Source: Heterodontus francisci (taxonomy: Eukaryota). From it: a stretch of 64,000 bases of DNA. The stretch is from positions 31,760,432-31,824,431 of the forward strand of contig NC_090411.1 in NCBI RefSeq assembly GCF_036365525.1, in the 5' to 3' direction. The translations under genes were made by a program, and so were the position numbers. Under the pieces are notes generated by a model. That model was not told the origin of the DNA, did no database searches, and saw only the letters and a list, made by a program, of their open reading frames with translations. Positions 1 to 18,629 of this stretch are shown in pieces; within the stretch, counting starts at the first letter, position 1, and the number at the start of each line of letters is the position of its first letter.

Positions 1-320
1 AAAATGGGATTAGAATAGATAGGTGTTTGATGGCCAGCACAGACATGGGCCAAAGGGCCTGTCTGTGTGCTGTATAACTGACAGCATGTTTGAGCCAATA
101 CTTTACAATGCAGAAGTCATTCCTTCTGGATATCCATTTATTGATCTATCTATAAAAGAGGCAAAGATCAGTCATATCAACTCATCCTATAGCCACTCAC
201 CAACACTAGGAATTTTACTCATTAATCTCACCAGATGGAGAACGGAAGTGATTAGAATAAGAAACATTCTCTGAAAGTATCCAAGTTAGATCATAGACTC
301 CTTCATGTTAAAAACCCAAC

Positions 321-1327
321 CTTGATGTCCTCCAAGATGATTCGGCCTCCACGTTTATTCTGGAATTTCATCAGTTTCTCAGCGTGCTCCCGTTCCTCAT
401 GTGACTGCTCCTTGAAGAACTCAGCAAAGTGACGCAGGGCAACATCATCCCGGTCAAAGTAATAGGACTGCAGGTAGAGGCAAAATGGAAGGGGAAGAGA
501 GGCCAGACCCAAATTGCATTTATGGCCATGTCAAAAATGGTAACAATATCATGGTTGATAAATCACTCATTCTTTACCTCAAAAGAGTTTGCTTTTTATT
601 AAGGAGCTTGGTTTTTCAAGTTTATGCTGTAAAATACTAAACATATTGACATGCCCCTCCATGACATTACAAAAAGCAGTCATACAATTTGTATTAAAAT
701 TTCATTTCAGCATTCAAATTATAGTTATCAGCAGGTCATTCTTCACTCCCCCAATGAAGATGCAAGTGAAAGAGAAAAAAGTCTCAGTAGAATAAGACTT
801 TTAGATTACTGGTTCATGCAAAGTGATTACCCCTCGTACAAAAGAGTTTAGCACCACAGGATTTACTCATTTACAAAAGGGGAAAGTCAGGCCAGAACTA
901 GTCAGACAGTGTTTCACTAACTAGTCACTCAACTTAATTGTTGCCATTCAGGTTGGAAAAGATGACTAGGTTTATACATTTTCAACATGAACCCTCTATT
1001 AGAAAATTCATGGAACCTTAGAGTTACTTTCAAAATTGGACATAAATATTGCAAAGCAAGGAATAAAGTCCCTGTTTTAAGGGTGCTCACTGATTTAAGT
1101 CTAGCGAAGGCTAGAGAGATACATTATAAACCCAACTGTTTGGCCTAGAGAAATTCTAGCTACACAAAATGTATTGAAATTCCAATCTTAACTTTGAAAC
1201 AGGACCCCAAGAAAACAATACACACCATGGAAAGATAAACATAGGAGGAATAGAGCTCCAGGTTGACTTGCTTGTTAACAGCATCTTCACAGTCCTTGTG
1301 GTAGTTCTGACACACTTGAGAGGCCAT
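321..1327 (-). CDS. Ferritin heavy/middle-type subunit, copy 1 (partial: exons 1-2; exons 3-4 lie left of the window)
   Basis: Exon1 1226-1327 ([34 protein letters not shown]; extra in-frame ATG at 1328-1330). Exon2 321-467 ([49 protein letters not shown]). GT/AG sites present; TATAAATA at 1398-1405. Confidence 0.93.
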
Positions 1328-1397
1328 CATAATCTTTACTGCTAACAGAAGCTAAGTTTAAACAACAGCAAATAACTGCTTCCTACACAAGCTCTTG

Positions 1398-1590
1398 TAT
1401 TTATACTGCTGGGTCAGCCTATAGTCAAACAGGGAATGACATCATTAATGATGATTGACAATTCCAGGTAGCCAGTCAGGAATAGTTCCTGAATCCAGGC
1501 ACCAGTTAACAATGTAGTCAGGCTGTGGGGGTTGGACCCAGAGACAATGAGAGCTGTGGAATACAGGCAGGTTTGGATGATTATATTGTG
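1398..1590 (-). promoter_or_regulatory. Conserved ferritin-array promoter, copy 1
   Basis: TATAAATA ~70 nt above the ATG, then TGACATCA and a block alignable with the same region of copies 2-8 and 10. Confidence 0.7.
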
Positions 1591-1594
1591 ATTG

Positions 1595-2590
1595 GTAGGA
1601 ACAGGATGAGGCCATTCAGCCCCTCAAGCCTATTCAATTAGATCATGGTTTGTGTTTTAAGGCCATTTACCTGCATTGGTTCCATATTGTTTCATACCCG
1701 TACCTAACAAAAATCTAACAGTCTCGGTTTTGGGGGAGAGAGTTCCAGATTTCCATTTCCCTTTTTGTGAAGAAATACTTCTTGACGTCACCCCTAAATG
1801 GCCGAGCTCTAATTTTAAGATTAAACCCCCTGTCCTGGACTACGCTACTGATGGAAATAGTTTCTCTCTATGTACCCTATCAAATCCATTAATCATGTTC
1901 AATACATCAACTGTAATCATTCTTTAATCATCTATACTCGAGGGAATACAAGACTCTTCTATTCAAACTGTACACATAATCTAATCCTGTTATCCCTGGT
2001 ATCATTCTGGTGAATCTGTGCTGCACTCCCTCCAAGGTCAATATATCAGAGCTGAACACAGTCCTCCAGATGTGATCTAACCAGGGCTTTATACAAATAT
2101 AGCATAACCTCCACCCCTTTGTATTCCAACCCCCTTGAAATGAAGTCTAAAATTCTAGTAGACTTTTTAATACATTTATGCACCTATCCACTAGTTTTTA
2201 GTAATTTCTGTACACTGATTCCTAACCCTCTCTGCTCTTCACCATTTAGAAATTACTCTGATTTATCTTTCTTGGTCTTCACATCGAAGTCCATCAATCA
2301 CAATTTTGCTCACTCGCTTAATCTGTCAATGCCCTTTTGCAAATTTCTGCTCCCATTTGCACTGCTTACTGTGCCACCTAACTTAATGGCATCAGCAAAC
2401 TTGGATATACAGTACTCTATTCCTTCATGTATATTATTTATAAATATAATGTAAAGCTGGTGCCCCAGTATAGATCCCTTGGAGTGCATACCCATTATCC
2501 CTACTCTCTTGTCTCCATAAAATATTTAAAGGATTCCTCCAATTCCACAGGCTTCTAACCTAACCTCTTGTATTTAACCTTGTCCATGAT
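1595..2590 (-). mobile_element. Decayed CR1-type LINE 3' fragment
   Basis: Minus-strand remnants GSILG..YIIFIN..ISKFADAIKLGG (ORF 2310-2495) and a CR1-like 3' end; paralogous to 8545-8677 plus 10578-11180. Confidence 0.75.
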
Positions 2591-2625
2591 GTATTTGATA
2601 TTGACTTTCCTCAAACTGAATCTGT

Positions 2626-3786
2626 TGTCACGCAGACCCCCATCTGCCAAGAATGAGGCATACTAATTTCATCATATGAACATTAATTTTAAACTGCTGC
2701 TGGAGTTAAGAAATGACTTGTTAAAGAGATCACCAGACAATTTGGCTGGAAGGACTTCCCTGAGCCAATTAACCCAAATGGCTTTTGATCACCAGCCATT
2801 GAAGGTGTAAGGAAGTGCACTCCAGGGCCTGCTAAGACAATACAATCCACAAACGCAGAAGTGGTTAAGCCAGTTAGTCACACGACTGAGCTGCTGGCCA
2901 ACTTGGGTTTTTATTTGTGCCACACACACAAGAATTCAGGTGGTGTGCAACTGAAGCTGGAACAAGGAAGCCTCTCTCCTGGCTGTCTCTCTCTAGCTTT
3001 CTCCCAAGCAACAAGACCCAAAGAAGACACGCACACCTCGAGAGAGAATAGACTCTGACATCGAAACAAGTTGAAGCATGAGCTGGGCCCCAACAAATAA
3101 CAGGACTTACTGACAACCAAAGACTCCTCATTGACCTCATAGGACAGTAAATAACTAACACATTGCCTCAAACATTTCCGCTTTATTCTTTCTGGTTTTT
3201 CCTTTCTCTATCTGCATGTGTTTGTCTCATATGCATGTCACATATTCACAATCCTTAACTGGATTAGAGTTTAAAATTAATAAACTTCTACCTTTCTTGT
3301 TTAAATGTAAGGAAAACTCTGATTTCTTTACCTTACATTGGAGCTGTGAACAAGTGGTTAGCACCGCAGCCTCACAGCTCCAGCGACCTGAGTTCGATTC
3401 TGGGTACTGTCTGTGCGGAGTTTGCAAGCTCTCCCTGTGACCGTGTGGGTTTTCGCCAGGTGCTCCGGTTTCCTCCCACAGCCAAAGACTTGCAGGTTGA
3501 TAGGTAAATTGGCCATTATAAATTGCCCCTAGTATAGGTATGTGGTAGGAAAATATAGGGACAGGTGGGGATGTGGTAGGAATATGGGATTAATGTAGGA
3601 TTTGTATAAATGGGTGGTTGATGGTCAGCACAGACCCAGTGGGCCGAAGGGCCTGTTTCAGTGCTGTATCTCTAAATAAAGGGGGAAAAAGCTAAAAATA
3701 ACATCTCTGAAATTAAACCCTATTACAGTTAAACCAAGCAAAGGCTGGGATGGAACACCTAGACTCCTTCTCACCTGGTCGTAACA
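2626..3786 (+). mobile_element. Solo LTR (4-bp TSD, Gypsy/ERV-type) with nested SINE
   Basis: Starts TGTCACG, ends CGTAACA (imperfect inverted termini); flanked by direct repeat CTGT (2622-2625, 3787-3790); internal AATAAA near 3280. Confidence 0.75.
3353..3680 (+). mobile_element. tRNA-derived HE1/V-SINE-type element
   Basis: A/B-box head (AGTGGTTAGC..GAGTTCGATTC), V-domain-like core GGTGCTCCGGTTTCCTCCCACA and LINE-like tail; several near-identical copies in the window. Confidence 0.85.
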
Positions 3787-4683
3787 CTGTTCAGATTCAG
3801 AGATTCATAACATAATCCAATGTGTTTACAAAATGGAAATCCTATCTTGCATTGAGTACAATTGGATCGAAAGTAACATTGCTTGGAAAAATTGACATAT
3901 CCCTGCGTGGGTCCAGAACAAGTCGGAGATACCAATCTTGACAATAGATGGAAAGATATCCACACTGAATCTGCAAACCAACCAAGTTGGGTGGGGCAAA
4001 GAAACAGTAGGGGGAAAAAAAAAAATGCTTCAAACAGAACTCTATTGCTCTATCTCTACAGTGTGACATAGAACACCTCCCCATGGAATTTAATATCAGT
4101 AAAGTCATGTTACACCTTCTGCAAAGCTGATGTCTAGTATGAGGGAAGAGTTAGAAGCTGAAGTATCGGGGTTCTCTTACTGTTGCTGCCTGACCCAAGC
4201 CATTGGTAAAAGATAGCCCTTTCGGGAATAGGAGGAGTACAGGTAGTGGTTGAACAAATGGCAGACTAAAGTAATTAATTCTTTACTATGATAAGGCGGC
4301 AAAAAAAGTCAAGTGAAGGCACTAATTCAGCATCCTTCCTAATTTCTTAATATTCCACCTGTAGAGGCAAGAACACTTTTGTAGCAGAAATTGCATATCC
4401 CTTACAAGCTTCGCAATGGCAATTGGGAGATGTGAGTAAATTATCCTAGGCAGGCTGGCTTGGGATACAGAAAAGGTTTAATGGAATTATTATACAGCTA
4501 GACGTAATGATCTGAATAACCAAATAAATTTACTGAATTATACAAAGACCAGTTCCATGATGAATACTTTTATTTCCATATACAGCAAGAGATGAGAAAA
4601 CTGGCAATTAACCAGAAAGCATTCACCAGAATTGGATCACATTTCATTTCCACCATGTGGAAAACAAACATTTCAAACCCCAA

Positions 4684-8270
<3,587 letters not shown>

Positions 8271-8340
8271 CATAATGTTTACTACTAATAGAATAAGTTA
8301 AGCTCAAACAATAACCTAACTTCACCTTGCACAGCTCTTG

Positions 8341-8540
8341 TATTTATACTACTGGGTCAGCCTGCATTCAAACATGGAATGACATCATCAATGATGATTG
8401 ACAATCCCTGATAGCCAGTCAGGAATCTGCCATGAATCCAGGCACCAATTAAGGAGAGGGGGCAGGATGTGATTCCCAGAGCTAATCAGAGGTTTAGAAT
8501 ACAGGCAGGTTTGGATGATTGTTCTGTGATTGGAATATTG
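8341..8540 (-). promoter_or_regulatory. Conserved ferritin-array promoter, copy 2
   Basis: TATAAATA 8341-8348, TGACATCA and the shared upstream block. Confidence 0.7.
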
Positions 8541-8677
8541 GAACAGGAGGAGGCCATTCAGCCCCTCAAGCCTGTTCTGCCATTCAGTTAGAACATGGCT
8601 GGTCTGTATCTTAACTCCATATACCCATCTTGCTTCCATATCTCTTCATACCCTTACCTAACAAATATCTAACAATC

Positions 8678-10577
8678 GTGGCGCCCAGTTTCTACGCCAA
8701 TTTATCTGGACTTATAACCCGTAACTGCTGCCTTCCGTGTTGTTTCAGTCGCTGTGAGGCAACTATGGAGTGACCTCTCCATGGCGCATGCCTGGGCAAA
8801 TTTATGGAGGTTGAGAGTTGCCCAGTCGTCAAAACCCCCCTCTCGGCCTTTCTGGTGGGGTCCAAAGGAGTGCAGGACACGACGTTTGGCACCAGTATGG
8901 CTGCAGGAACTGCCGGAAACATGCCAAAGGTGACACATGACCGCCTACGGGGTTCCGCTCCGGATTTTCTGTTAGGGTTTACTCCCTTAGCCTTGGTCTC
9001 TCCCGAGACGCCCACAAGGCAGTGGGGTTGTTGGGGCCCCTACACAGGTGTAGGATGGTGCCGGTGGGAGGAGGGGATGCAGGCTCCAGAAGCTGGCCGA
9101 GCGCGTCTACCCTGAGGCACAGTGTGGCTTTCGTGCAGAGAGATCGACTATTGACATGCTGTTCTCCCTTCGTCAGATACAGGAGAAATGCCGTGAACAA
9201 CAGATGCCCCTCTACATTGCTTTCATTGATCTCACCAAAGCCTTTGACCTCGTCAGCAGACGTGGTCTCTTCAGACTACTAGAAAAGATCGGATGTCCAC
9301 CAAAGCTACTAAGTATCATCACCTCATTCCATGAAAATATGAAAGGCACAATTCAACATGGTGGCTCCTCATCAGAGCCCTTTCCTATCCTGAGTGGTGT
9401 GAAACAGGGCTGTGTTCTCGCACCCACACTTTTTGGGATTTTCTTCTCCCTGCTGCTTTCACATGCGTTCAAATCCTCTGAAGAAGGAATTTTCCTCCAC
9501 ACAAGATCAGGGGGCAGGTTGTTCAACCTTGCCCGTCTAAGAGCGAAGTCCAAAGTACGGAAAGTCCTCATCAGAGAACTCCTCTTTGCTGACGATGCTG
9601 CTTTAACATCTCACACTGAAGAATGCCTGCAGAGTCTCATCGACAGGTTTGCGTCTGCCTGCAATGAATTTGGCCTAACCATCAGCCTCAAGAAAACGAA
9701 CATCATGGGGCAGGATGTCAGAAATGCTCCATCCATCAATATTGGCGACCACGCTCTGGAAGTGGTTCAAGAGTTCACCTACCTAGGCTCAACTATCACC
9801 AGTAACCTGTCTCTAGATGCAGAAATCAACAAGCGCATGGGTAAGGCTTCCACTGCTATGTTCAGACTGGCCAAGAGAGTGTGGGAAAATGGCGCACTGA
9901 CACGGAACACAAAAGTCCGAGTGTATCAGGCCTGTGTCCTCAGTACCTTGCTCTACGGCAGCGAGGCCTGGACAACGTATGCCAGCCAAGAGCGACGTCT
10001 CAATTCATTCCATCTTCGCTGCCTTCGGAGAATACTTGGCATCAGGTGGCAGGACTATATCTCCAACACAGAAGTCCTTGAAGCGGCCAACATCCCCAGC
10101 TTATACACACTACTGAGTCAGCGGCGCTTGAGATGGCTTGGCCATGTGAGCCGCATGGAAGATGGCAGGATCCCCAAAGACACATTGTACAGCGAGCTCG
10201 CCACTGGTATCAGACCCACCGGCCGTCCATGTCTCCGTTATAAAGACGTCTGCAAACGCGACATGAAATCGTGTGACATTGATCACAAGTCGTGGGAGTC
10301 AGTTGCCAGCATTCGCCAGAGCTGGCGGGCAGCCATAAAGACAGGGCTAAATTGTGGCGAGTCGAAGAGACTTAGTAGTTGGCAGGAAAAAAGACAGAGG
10401 CGCAAGGGGAGAGCCAACTGTGCAACAGCCCCAACAAACAAATTTCTCTGCAGCACCTGTGGAAGAGCCTGTCACTCCAGAATTGGCCTTTATAGCCACT
10501 CCAGGCGCTGCTTCACAAACCACTGACCACCTCCAGGCGCGTATCCATTGTCTCTCGAGATAAGGAGGCCCAAAAGA
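8678..10577 (+). mobile_element. Young RTE-clade non-LTR retrotransposon, internally deleted
   Basis: 11-bp TSD ATCTAACAATC (8667-8677, 10578-10588). ~400 nt GC-rich leader joined to RT-encoding sequence (LAERVYPEAQCGFR..GVKQGCVLAP..LLFADD..YLG) with a C-terminal CxxC..H motif. Confidence 0.92.
9156..10526 (+). CDS. RTE-type reverse transcriptase (N-terminally truncated, no APE domain)
   Basis: 456-aa uninterrupted ORF with RT motifs FIDLTKAFD, QGCVLAP, FADD, YLG and the RTE-typical RRLRWLGHVSRM. Confidence 0.85.
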   Translation: MLFSLRQIQEKCREQQMPLYIAFIDLTKAFDLVSRRGLFRLLEKIGCPPKLLSIITSFHENMKGTIQHGGSSSEPFPILSGVKQGCVLAPTLFGIFFSLLLSHAFKSSEEGIFLHTRSGGRLFNLARLRAKSKVRKVLIRELLFADDAALTSHTEECLQSLIDRFASACNEFGLTISLKKTNIMGQDVRNAPSINIGDHALEVVQEFTYLGSTITSNLSLDAEINKRMGKASTAMFRLAKRVWENGALTRNTKVRVYQACVLSTLLYGSEAWTTYASQERRLNSFHLRCLRRILGIRWQDYISNTEVLEAANIPSLYTLLSQRRLRWLGHVSRMEDGRIPKDTLYSELATGIRPTGRPCLRYKDVCKRDMKSCDIDHKSWESVASIRQSWRAAIKTGLNCGESKRLSSWQEKRQRRKGRANCATAPTNKFLCSTCGRACHSRIGLYSHSRRCFTNH

Positions 10578-11180
10578 ATCTAACAATCTCAGTTTGAAAA
10601 GTTCAATTTACCACCTTCCCCCAGGTTCTGTGGGAGTTTTCTAGATTTCCACTACTCTTTGTGGAAAGAAATGCTTCCTAATATCACCCCTGAATGGCCT
10701 AGCTCTAATTTTAAGATTGTACTTCCTTGTTCTGGACTGCTCCACCAAAGGAAATAGTTTCTCTTTATCTACCCTATCAAGTTCATTAATCATCTTAAAC
10801 ACCTCATTTATAGTGACCCTTTAATCTTCTATACTCAAGGGAATACAAGACTCGTCTATGCAAACTGTCCTCATAATTTAACCCTTTTAGCCTTGGCACA
10901 ATACTAGTGAATCTGTGCTGCACCTCCAAGGCCAATATATCTGAACAGAATACAATACTCTAGATGTGATCTAACCAGAGTTTTAAACAACTGTAGCATA
11001 ACCTCCACCCCTTTGTATTCCAGCCCCCTTGAGACAAAGACTAAAATGCTATTAGACTTTTTAATTTGTTTTTGTCCATTAGTTTTTAGTAATTTCTGTA
11101 CACAGACCTCCTACCCCATTCCCCAAGCACGTCTAAAAGTTGCATCCAATTCCATTTTTCCTAATAATCTCATGTGGAAC
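10578..11180 (-). mobile_element. Decayed CR1-type LINE fragment (interrupted by the RTE)
   Basis: Continues 8545-8677; alignable with 1710-2220. Confidence 0.65.
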
Positions 11181-12406
11181 CTCATCAATTCTATATTTGA
11201 TGTTGGCTTATTTGAATTTCCTCAGTGAATTTGACAGCATCTTTTCTCAGAATCAGAGCTTCACAAAATATCACAAAGAGATCAATGAGTTTGCAAAGGA
11301 AAATGCCATCCTGTAGATGGTGTTGAGACCAGTTGAAAGTGAATCTGTCTCCTGCTGAATTGATAAGCAGCTTATTGGGTCCCTAATGAGTCCATAACAC
11401 TACAATTCACAATGTTGACCATAACAGCTTGAAAGAGACAGATCTGCACCAGACAGTCCACAGTGAATCCACAAACAAGCCAGAGAGTTGGAAAAATGGA
11501 TCAGTGGAGAAGCTTTAAACAGAACCTTGTTGCTCTGTCTCTAAAGTGCTGTATGGAGTCCTCTCCCCGCAAAATTTTGGTTTTTGGGTGGGGTGGGGAG
11601 GGGGTGGGAAGAAAGTTTGCAAACCCAAGTGTTTAAACATCCACCATCTTTCCTTCTGGAAAACTTGAGTATGTTGAGAAACAGTTTTATGCTAAAAACA
11701 TTAAGTGTCTTATGCTTCCTGACTGAAGCATCTAACATTTCTGTTTCCCTCTTTCCCCACCTCCCCCTAGTATGGCCTTTGAATGAAATATGGTGAAGTT
11801 TAGAACAAAACTAGTGAAAGGTGGCCATTGTTACATTATGTAGAAAGGTTAAAAAAAAACACACTTTAAGCAACCCCACAAGTAACTTGTAGCATCAGTC
11901 TAATGTAGAACCACCTAAAGAGCAGGTGACTTCCCCCTTCCTTATCTAGAGAATCAGGAACAGATATTCCCTATTCTCTAACCTGAAGTTAAAACTAATT
12001 CAGCCACACTCACTCTTGCACAACTCCATTTCATTGGCAGAAATGAAAAAACCCCTTTGCAGCAGAAATTGGGAGTGATTGCAGTAATCTCCTATAAACT
12101 TCTGACTAAATATTGAAATGTCAGCAAACTATCCCAGACAGATATTACAATCAATTTAGTAAGCAGGAATGGGGCAGGGAATTAAAAAAAAAAATGTTTT
12201 GTGATCAGATGGTCAACAGACTAATGCAGCTTGATTTGATTGTTCGATGATTTAGTTGATTTGAATCAAGACAAACTAGTTCAATGATGAATACTTTTAT
12301 TTCCATTATAACAATGAGAAAACTGGAATTAACCACAAACAAAGCATCCATCAGCATTTGGATCACATTTCAATTTGTTCCATGCATAAAGCATTTAGAG
12401 TCTCAA

Positions 12407-14793
<2,387 letters not shown>

Positions 14794-14859
14794 CTTCACT
14801 ATTACTATATACTATCACTTAAAAGCTCTAAAGTTAACCCTTTCTAATACAAGTTCTTG

Positions 14860-15070
14860 TATTTATACTACTTGGGCAGCATGCATTCAAACAGGAAATG
14901 ACATCACCGATGATTGAAAATTCATGGTAGCCAATCAGGAATCTTCCATGAATTCAGGTACCAATTAACACAGGAGATGGGGTGTGGGGAAGTGGGTGAG
15001 ACCCACAGACAATCAGAGCTTTGGAACATCAGCAGGTCTGGGAGCTTAGTTTCAGTGATGTCAGTGCTTT
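14860..15070 (-). promoter_or_regulatory. Conserved ferritin-array promoter, copy 3
   Basis: TATAAATA, proximal TGACATCA, CCAAT, G-rich box and distal TGATGTCA. Confidence 0.7.
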
Positions 15071-15076
15071 TAGGTT

Positions 15077-15565
15077 ATAGAATCATAGAAACGTACAGCA
15101 TAGAAGGAGGCCATTCGGCCCACTGTGCCTGTACTGGCTCTTGAAAAGAGCAGTTATGCTTTGTTCCACATCCCCACTCTTTTTCCATAACCCTGGGAGT
15201 TCCTCAGTCTCAAGTACCTGCCTATCTCCCTTTTACAATTACGATGGAATCAGCTTCCACCCCCTTTTCAGGTTTAGTGCTCCAGATGTCAAGAACTCTC
15301 ATTGAAAAATAATTCTCATTTCCCCTCCAGATCTGTTGCCATACGTTTTGAATCTATGAGCTCTAGTTATTGACCGACTCACCAGTGGGAATAATAGTTC
15401 TCTATCTACTCTCTCAAAACCACTCATCATCTTGAAAACCTCTATTAGGTCACCTCTTAACCTTCTCTATTTCATGGAGATGAGTCTTAACTTTTGCAAC
15501 TTCTCATAACTGAAGTCCCTCGTCCCTGGTACCATCCTGGTAAACCTCCTCTGAACCTTTTCTAA
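15077..15565 (-). mobile_element. CR1-type LINE 3' fragment
   Basis: LEKVQRRFTRMVPG..FSYE motif on the minus strand, with a CR1 3' tail (ATAGAATCATAGAA on plus). Confidence 0.75.
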
Positions 15566-16055
15566 GGATTCCTTCAAATCTGAAAGTTTCACATTGTTTA
15601 ACACTCTGCAACCAGAACGTTGAAATAAATGATAACTTGTTACTTTCACCGGGCTTTTCACAATCTGGGGTCAAGTTTGTTACTTGCAAGGAACTGTGAT
15701 GCTGTTACAATATTCAAAGGAATCAGGTTTTCTTGCAAACCAACCATGGGACAGAGAAATGGAAATTCCATCCTGATCTAATATAGAGAATGGACATGTG
15801 AGGATTGGCTACAGGGGGCATCAAATAGTGGAGGATAATGGATGTGACAGGTTTTTGGTTTGTATTCTCATGAAATGTTGTCTGGTAAAACTCAGTGAGA
15901 GGGAGTGAACATTACTGAATACAGTGTCACCCACAGACAGATCTCCATTTGCTACAGTGTGTTTTGGGGCTGGTTTGATGGACCAGTTGCTCTTTTTCTG
16001 ACGATCAATTTCAGACATTAGATGAGTCCTTTTATGGTTGACATTCAATGAGGCT

Positions 16056-17126
16056 GAACATAGAACATAGAACAGTACAGCACAGTACAGGCCCTTCGGC
16101 CCACGATGTTGTGCCGAACCTTTAACCTACTCTAAGATCAAACTAACTACCTACCCTTCATTCTACTATCATCCATGTACCTATCCAGGAGTCGCTTAAA
16201 TGCCCCTAATGTATCTGCTTCTACTACCACCGCTGGCAGCGCATTCCACGCACCCACCACTCTCTGTGTAAAGAACCTACCTCTGACATCTCCCCGAAAC
16301 CTTCCTCCAATCGCCTTAAAATGATGCCCCCTGGTGATAGCCCTTTCCACCCTGGGAAAAAGTCTCTGACTATCCACTCTACCTATGCCTCTCATCATCT
16401 TGTACCCCTCTATCAAGTCACCTCTCATCCTTCTTCGCTCTGAGAAAAGCCCTAGCTCCCTCAATCTTTCTTCGTAGGACATGCCTTCCAGTTCAGGCAG
16501 CATCCTGGTAAATCTCCTCTGCACCCTCTCTAAAGCTTCCACATCCTTCCTATAATGAGACGACCAGAACTGAACACAATATTCCAAGTGTGGTCGAACC
16601 CGGGCCTTATAGAGCTGCAGCATAACCTCGCGGCTCTTAAACTCAATCCCCCTGTTAATGAAAGCCAACACACCATACGCCTTCTTAACAACCCTATCAA
16701 CTTGGGTGGCAACTTTGAGCGATCTATGAACATGGACCCCAAGAACCCTCTGTTCCTCCACACTACCAAGAATCCTGTCTTTAAGCCTGTATTCTGCATT
16801 CAAATTCGACCTTCCAAAATGAATCACTTCACATTTTTCCAGGTTGAACTCCATCTGCCACTTCTCAGCCCAGCTCTGCATCCTGTCAATGTCCCGTTGC
16901 AACCTACAACAGCCTTCCACACTATCCACAACTCAAGCAACTTTTGTGTCATCGGCAAACTTGCTCACCCAGCCTTCCACTTCCTCATCCAAGTCATTTA
17001 TAAAAATCACAAATAGCAGAGGTCCCAGAACAGATCCTTGTGGAACACCACTGGTCACCGAGCTCCATGCTGAATACTTTCCATCTACCACCCTCTGACT
17101 TCTATGGGCCAGCCAATTCCGTATCC
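16056..17126 (-). mobile_element. Young 5'-truncated CR1 LINE
   Basis: RT C-terminal ORFs ([20 protein letters not shown]; 16147-16929, 260 aa) and a CATAGAA tail repeat. The empty site GAGGCTAAAGAATATTTGAATC is seen in the paralogous unit at ~25697-25718. Confidence 0.9.
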
Positions 17127-18629
17127 AGAATATTTGAATCTGATTGAAATGATGAGACTCAAATGATACACAATGGGCCCAAGTGCAAACAGATACATTT
17201 GTGGGGAAACTGATTGCATTTTGTTTATACATTGATGGGTCAACCACGGGGGTGGCATGCATCGGGGAAATGTGTTTTCATGAGAAGCATCTATTTAAAT
17301 AGGTGGGGCTTTAAAGTTATTTGCTTTGTACATTTAATAAAAGACTGTTTGTCGATAACACAACCACTAGATGGCACATGCAGAAATGCAGCATCATTGA
17401 TAAACATAACTTAGCAAAATCTCAGACAGTGTTAATACATTTACACCTTCCTGAGGTATCCTTCATTGGAGCTCAGCTCTGCAAGGATCCACTCCCACCA
17501 GTACCATACCCCATTTCATATGGGAATAAGAGAGGTCATTCCAAGTGGTGGAAAGAGAGTGAAAGATGTGCTGGGATAGGGAAAAGGGCATTTAAGACCC
17601 ATTCTCATGGATTAGGAAACCACACATTCCCCCAAGAGACCAGTATAAAGCAAGCAAATATGGTAACTCTGGTTGATTTGCTAAATCACATGATTGCAAC
17701 TCTTTTAGTAATATGAAGCTCTAAGATTGCTGGTTTAAGGCTGTTTGTGCTGCTCAGCCCACAAAGCTTACCAGAAAGTAAATAGAAGCAGCAATGAGCT
17801 TAATTAACTACCCCTGGTTTAATCTTACACTATTAAGTCAATAGAATGATAGAAGCTTACTACACTTCCCTGGGCTTGTATCTGCTCTGAATAAAATTGT
17901 TCATTGAACTAAAAATGATGATGGCTAGTTCTTCGCAGATAAAGATCAAAAGTGAAATGGTGTGACACTAATGCATTGGAAATGGTTCTGTACATTTTAA
18001 ATACTATAGCAGCTGATATTGTTATATTGAGGAGTTTGAGAGATACTATTGATGTTGGGATAGAGACTATTCATCAACATTGGTAACATTTACTTGTATT
18101 CAGCTGTCTCGGTCCTGAACTTGGGAGTTCCCTCTCTACAAAAGCACTCCTTAAAACCAACCTCTTGAATAAACATTAGGGCACCTGCTCCCTCATCGGT
18201 CCATGTCAAATTTTCCTTTTAGCGTTCGTGTGAAGTACATTGATTGACAATGCTAAAGGGGCTCTATAAATGCAAATTGTTGTATCACTGCATTTCTTGA
18301 CAGATTGAAATGCATAGATACAATTTGTTCAAAAGGTACACAATTGAAGAGAGACCTTCAACAAGTGATGAACATCTGATTCAATCCATCAGAAGGAAAG
18401 ATGGAAAAATAAAGCTGTTATACGGCCCAGTGTAATTCTTGTTTAAATGTAAAGACAAAGTTAATTGAAAATAAGCAACCACCAGAAAGTAGAGACAAAA
18501 CCCAGTCCACTGAGAAAATTATTTACAGTAATTACATTCCACATCAAGAGCCCAGATCTCACAAGCCATCATTCCTCACACATTAGAACAAAAACTTTAA
18601 AGACAAAAGGGCTCAATCCTGCAGTCAGT

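Noticed and set aside
9156-10526. RT ORF as a retron, DGR or domesticated gene acting on the repeated exons
   Set aside because: Motifs, TSD and an empty paralogous site identify an ordinary RTE insertion in eukaryotic DNA; nothing in the sequence links it to the ferritin exons.
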